64,000 bases of DNA. Source: Lingula anatina. Taxonomy: Eukaryota; Animalia; Brachiopoda. The stretch is taken from assembly GCA_051362555.1 (NCBI GenBank), contig CM120647.1:620001-684000 (forward strand), given 5' to 3'. Shown here piece by piece: positions 63,393 through 64,000 of this stretch (positions are counted from its first letter, which is position 1; each line of letters starts with the position of its first letter). The translations under genes were made by a program, and so were the position numbers. Under the pieces are notes generated by a model. The model had not been told where the DNA came from and made no database searches. It saw nothing but the letters and a program-made list of their open reading frames with translations.

Positions 63393-63662
63393 TTCCCTCA
63401 CAGCCGTCTATGGGTAACATTGATACTACACCTGTTTCAATCACTCTCAAATGGAGTAGAAAGGAAGATGAACCAAATGTGACCGAAGCAATAGTCACAT
63501 ATTGGCAACCTGGATTGACACAGCAAACAAAACGTATATCTACCAGAGATCCCCAGCAGCTTCTTATATCTTCCTTGAAACCCAACACACGCATTGAAGG
63601 CTATGTTGAACTGGTGTGCGGTGATAAAACAAGCGACAAGACACATTGGTCTGCGAAGACAG
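63393..63662 (+). CDS. FN3 domain exon 5 (phase 1-1)
   Basis: tag/gtatgg, 270 nt; PSQPSM...SITLKWS...AIVTYW...ISSLKPNTRIEGYVELV...AKT. Confidence 0.9.
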
Positions 63663-63716
63663 GTATGGCATTGTAGGGGATGATGTAAGATTTCATTTAT
63701 GTTTTAACGAAATATC

Positions 63717-64000
63717 TCCTTAGCAAGTGTTTTCAGTTTGCAGCAAACCAAACAGTTCGCAAGTAACTGTTTGTATGTTGCAGAAAGAAGAATTACATAT
63801 AAATATGGAGAAAGATTTGCAGGAAGATTTAACGTTTGCGAGAAGTTTGCAAAAAAGTCTGCAGACCTCATTTGCATGGCAAAATATCTTCTTGCAGATT
63901 TGCACAAAAATTGCAGCAAATATGATTTTTTCTATTGGAATTATGTTTTTTTATTCAAATTTAGAACAGTTATATTACATAATATGTTTATTTTTCCTTA
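63717..64000. mobile_element. Start of a related CMC/EnSpm-like element running off the window
   Basis: (T)CCTTAGCAA terminus, subterminal TTTGCA repeats, and the CCTCATTTGCATGGYAAAATA motif shared with the 8116 family. Confidence 0.55.

Overview
AT-rich eukaryotic (invertebrate, probably mollusc/lophotrochozoan - inference from repeat types) genomic DNA that is almost entirely nested transposable elements, plus five symmetric phase-1 fibronectin type III exons of a large + strand host gene (39685-63662). In order: a near-complete Mag-type Ty3/Gypsy element (1182-6218; 141-bp LTRs, CGTGT TSD, tRNA-Ser PBS) with a 964-bp tandem duplication of its 5' end; a minus-strand BEL/Pao element (~6867-15277, RT deleted) split by a 3.3-kb CMC/EnSpm-like element that has a second copy at 59380-62619; a DIRS/Ngaro-like relic; Helentron-type non-autonomous elements (HINEs) carrying 161-bp and 146-bp tandem arrays; a probable Maverick/Polinton left end (17647-18820) with a 94-bp-periodic CRE/X-box array, TATA box and PC4-like ORF; and a second BEL/Pao element (20467-38246, GCATG TSD) whose 5' LTR holds a 9.5-kb Mutator-like element (9-bp TSD) with spliced Ulp1-protease-like exons and a nested Academ-like element. 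Best leads: the Maverick-like regulatory cassette, the Ulp1-carrying MULE, the Gypsy lineage with QRDD RT and three altered RNase H catalytic residues, an inverted templated insertion in that RT, and putative zinc-finger repeats carried by a HINE. Family assignments come from reading motifs by eye; no database searches were run.
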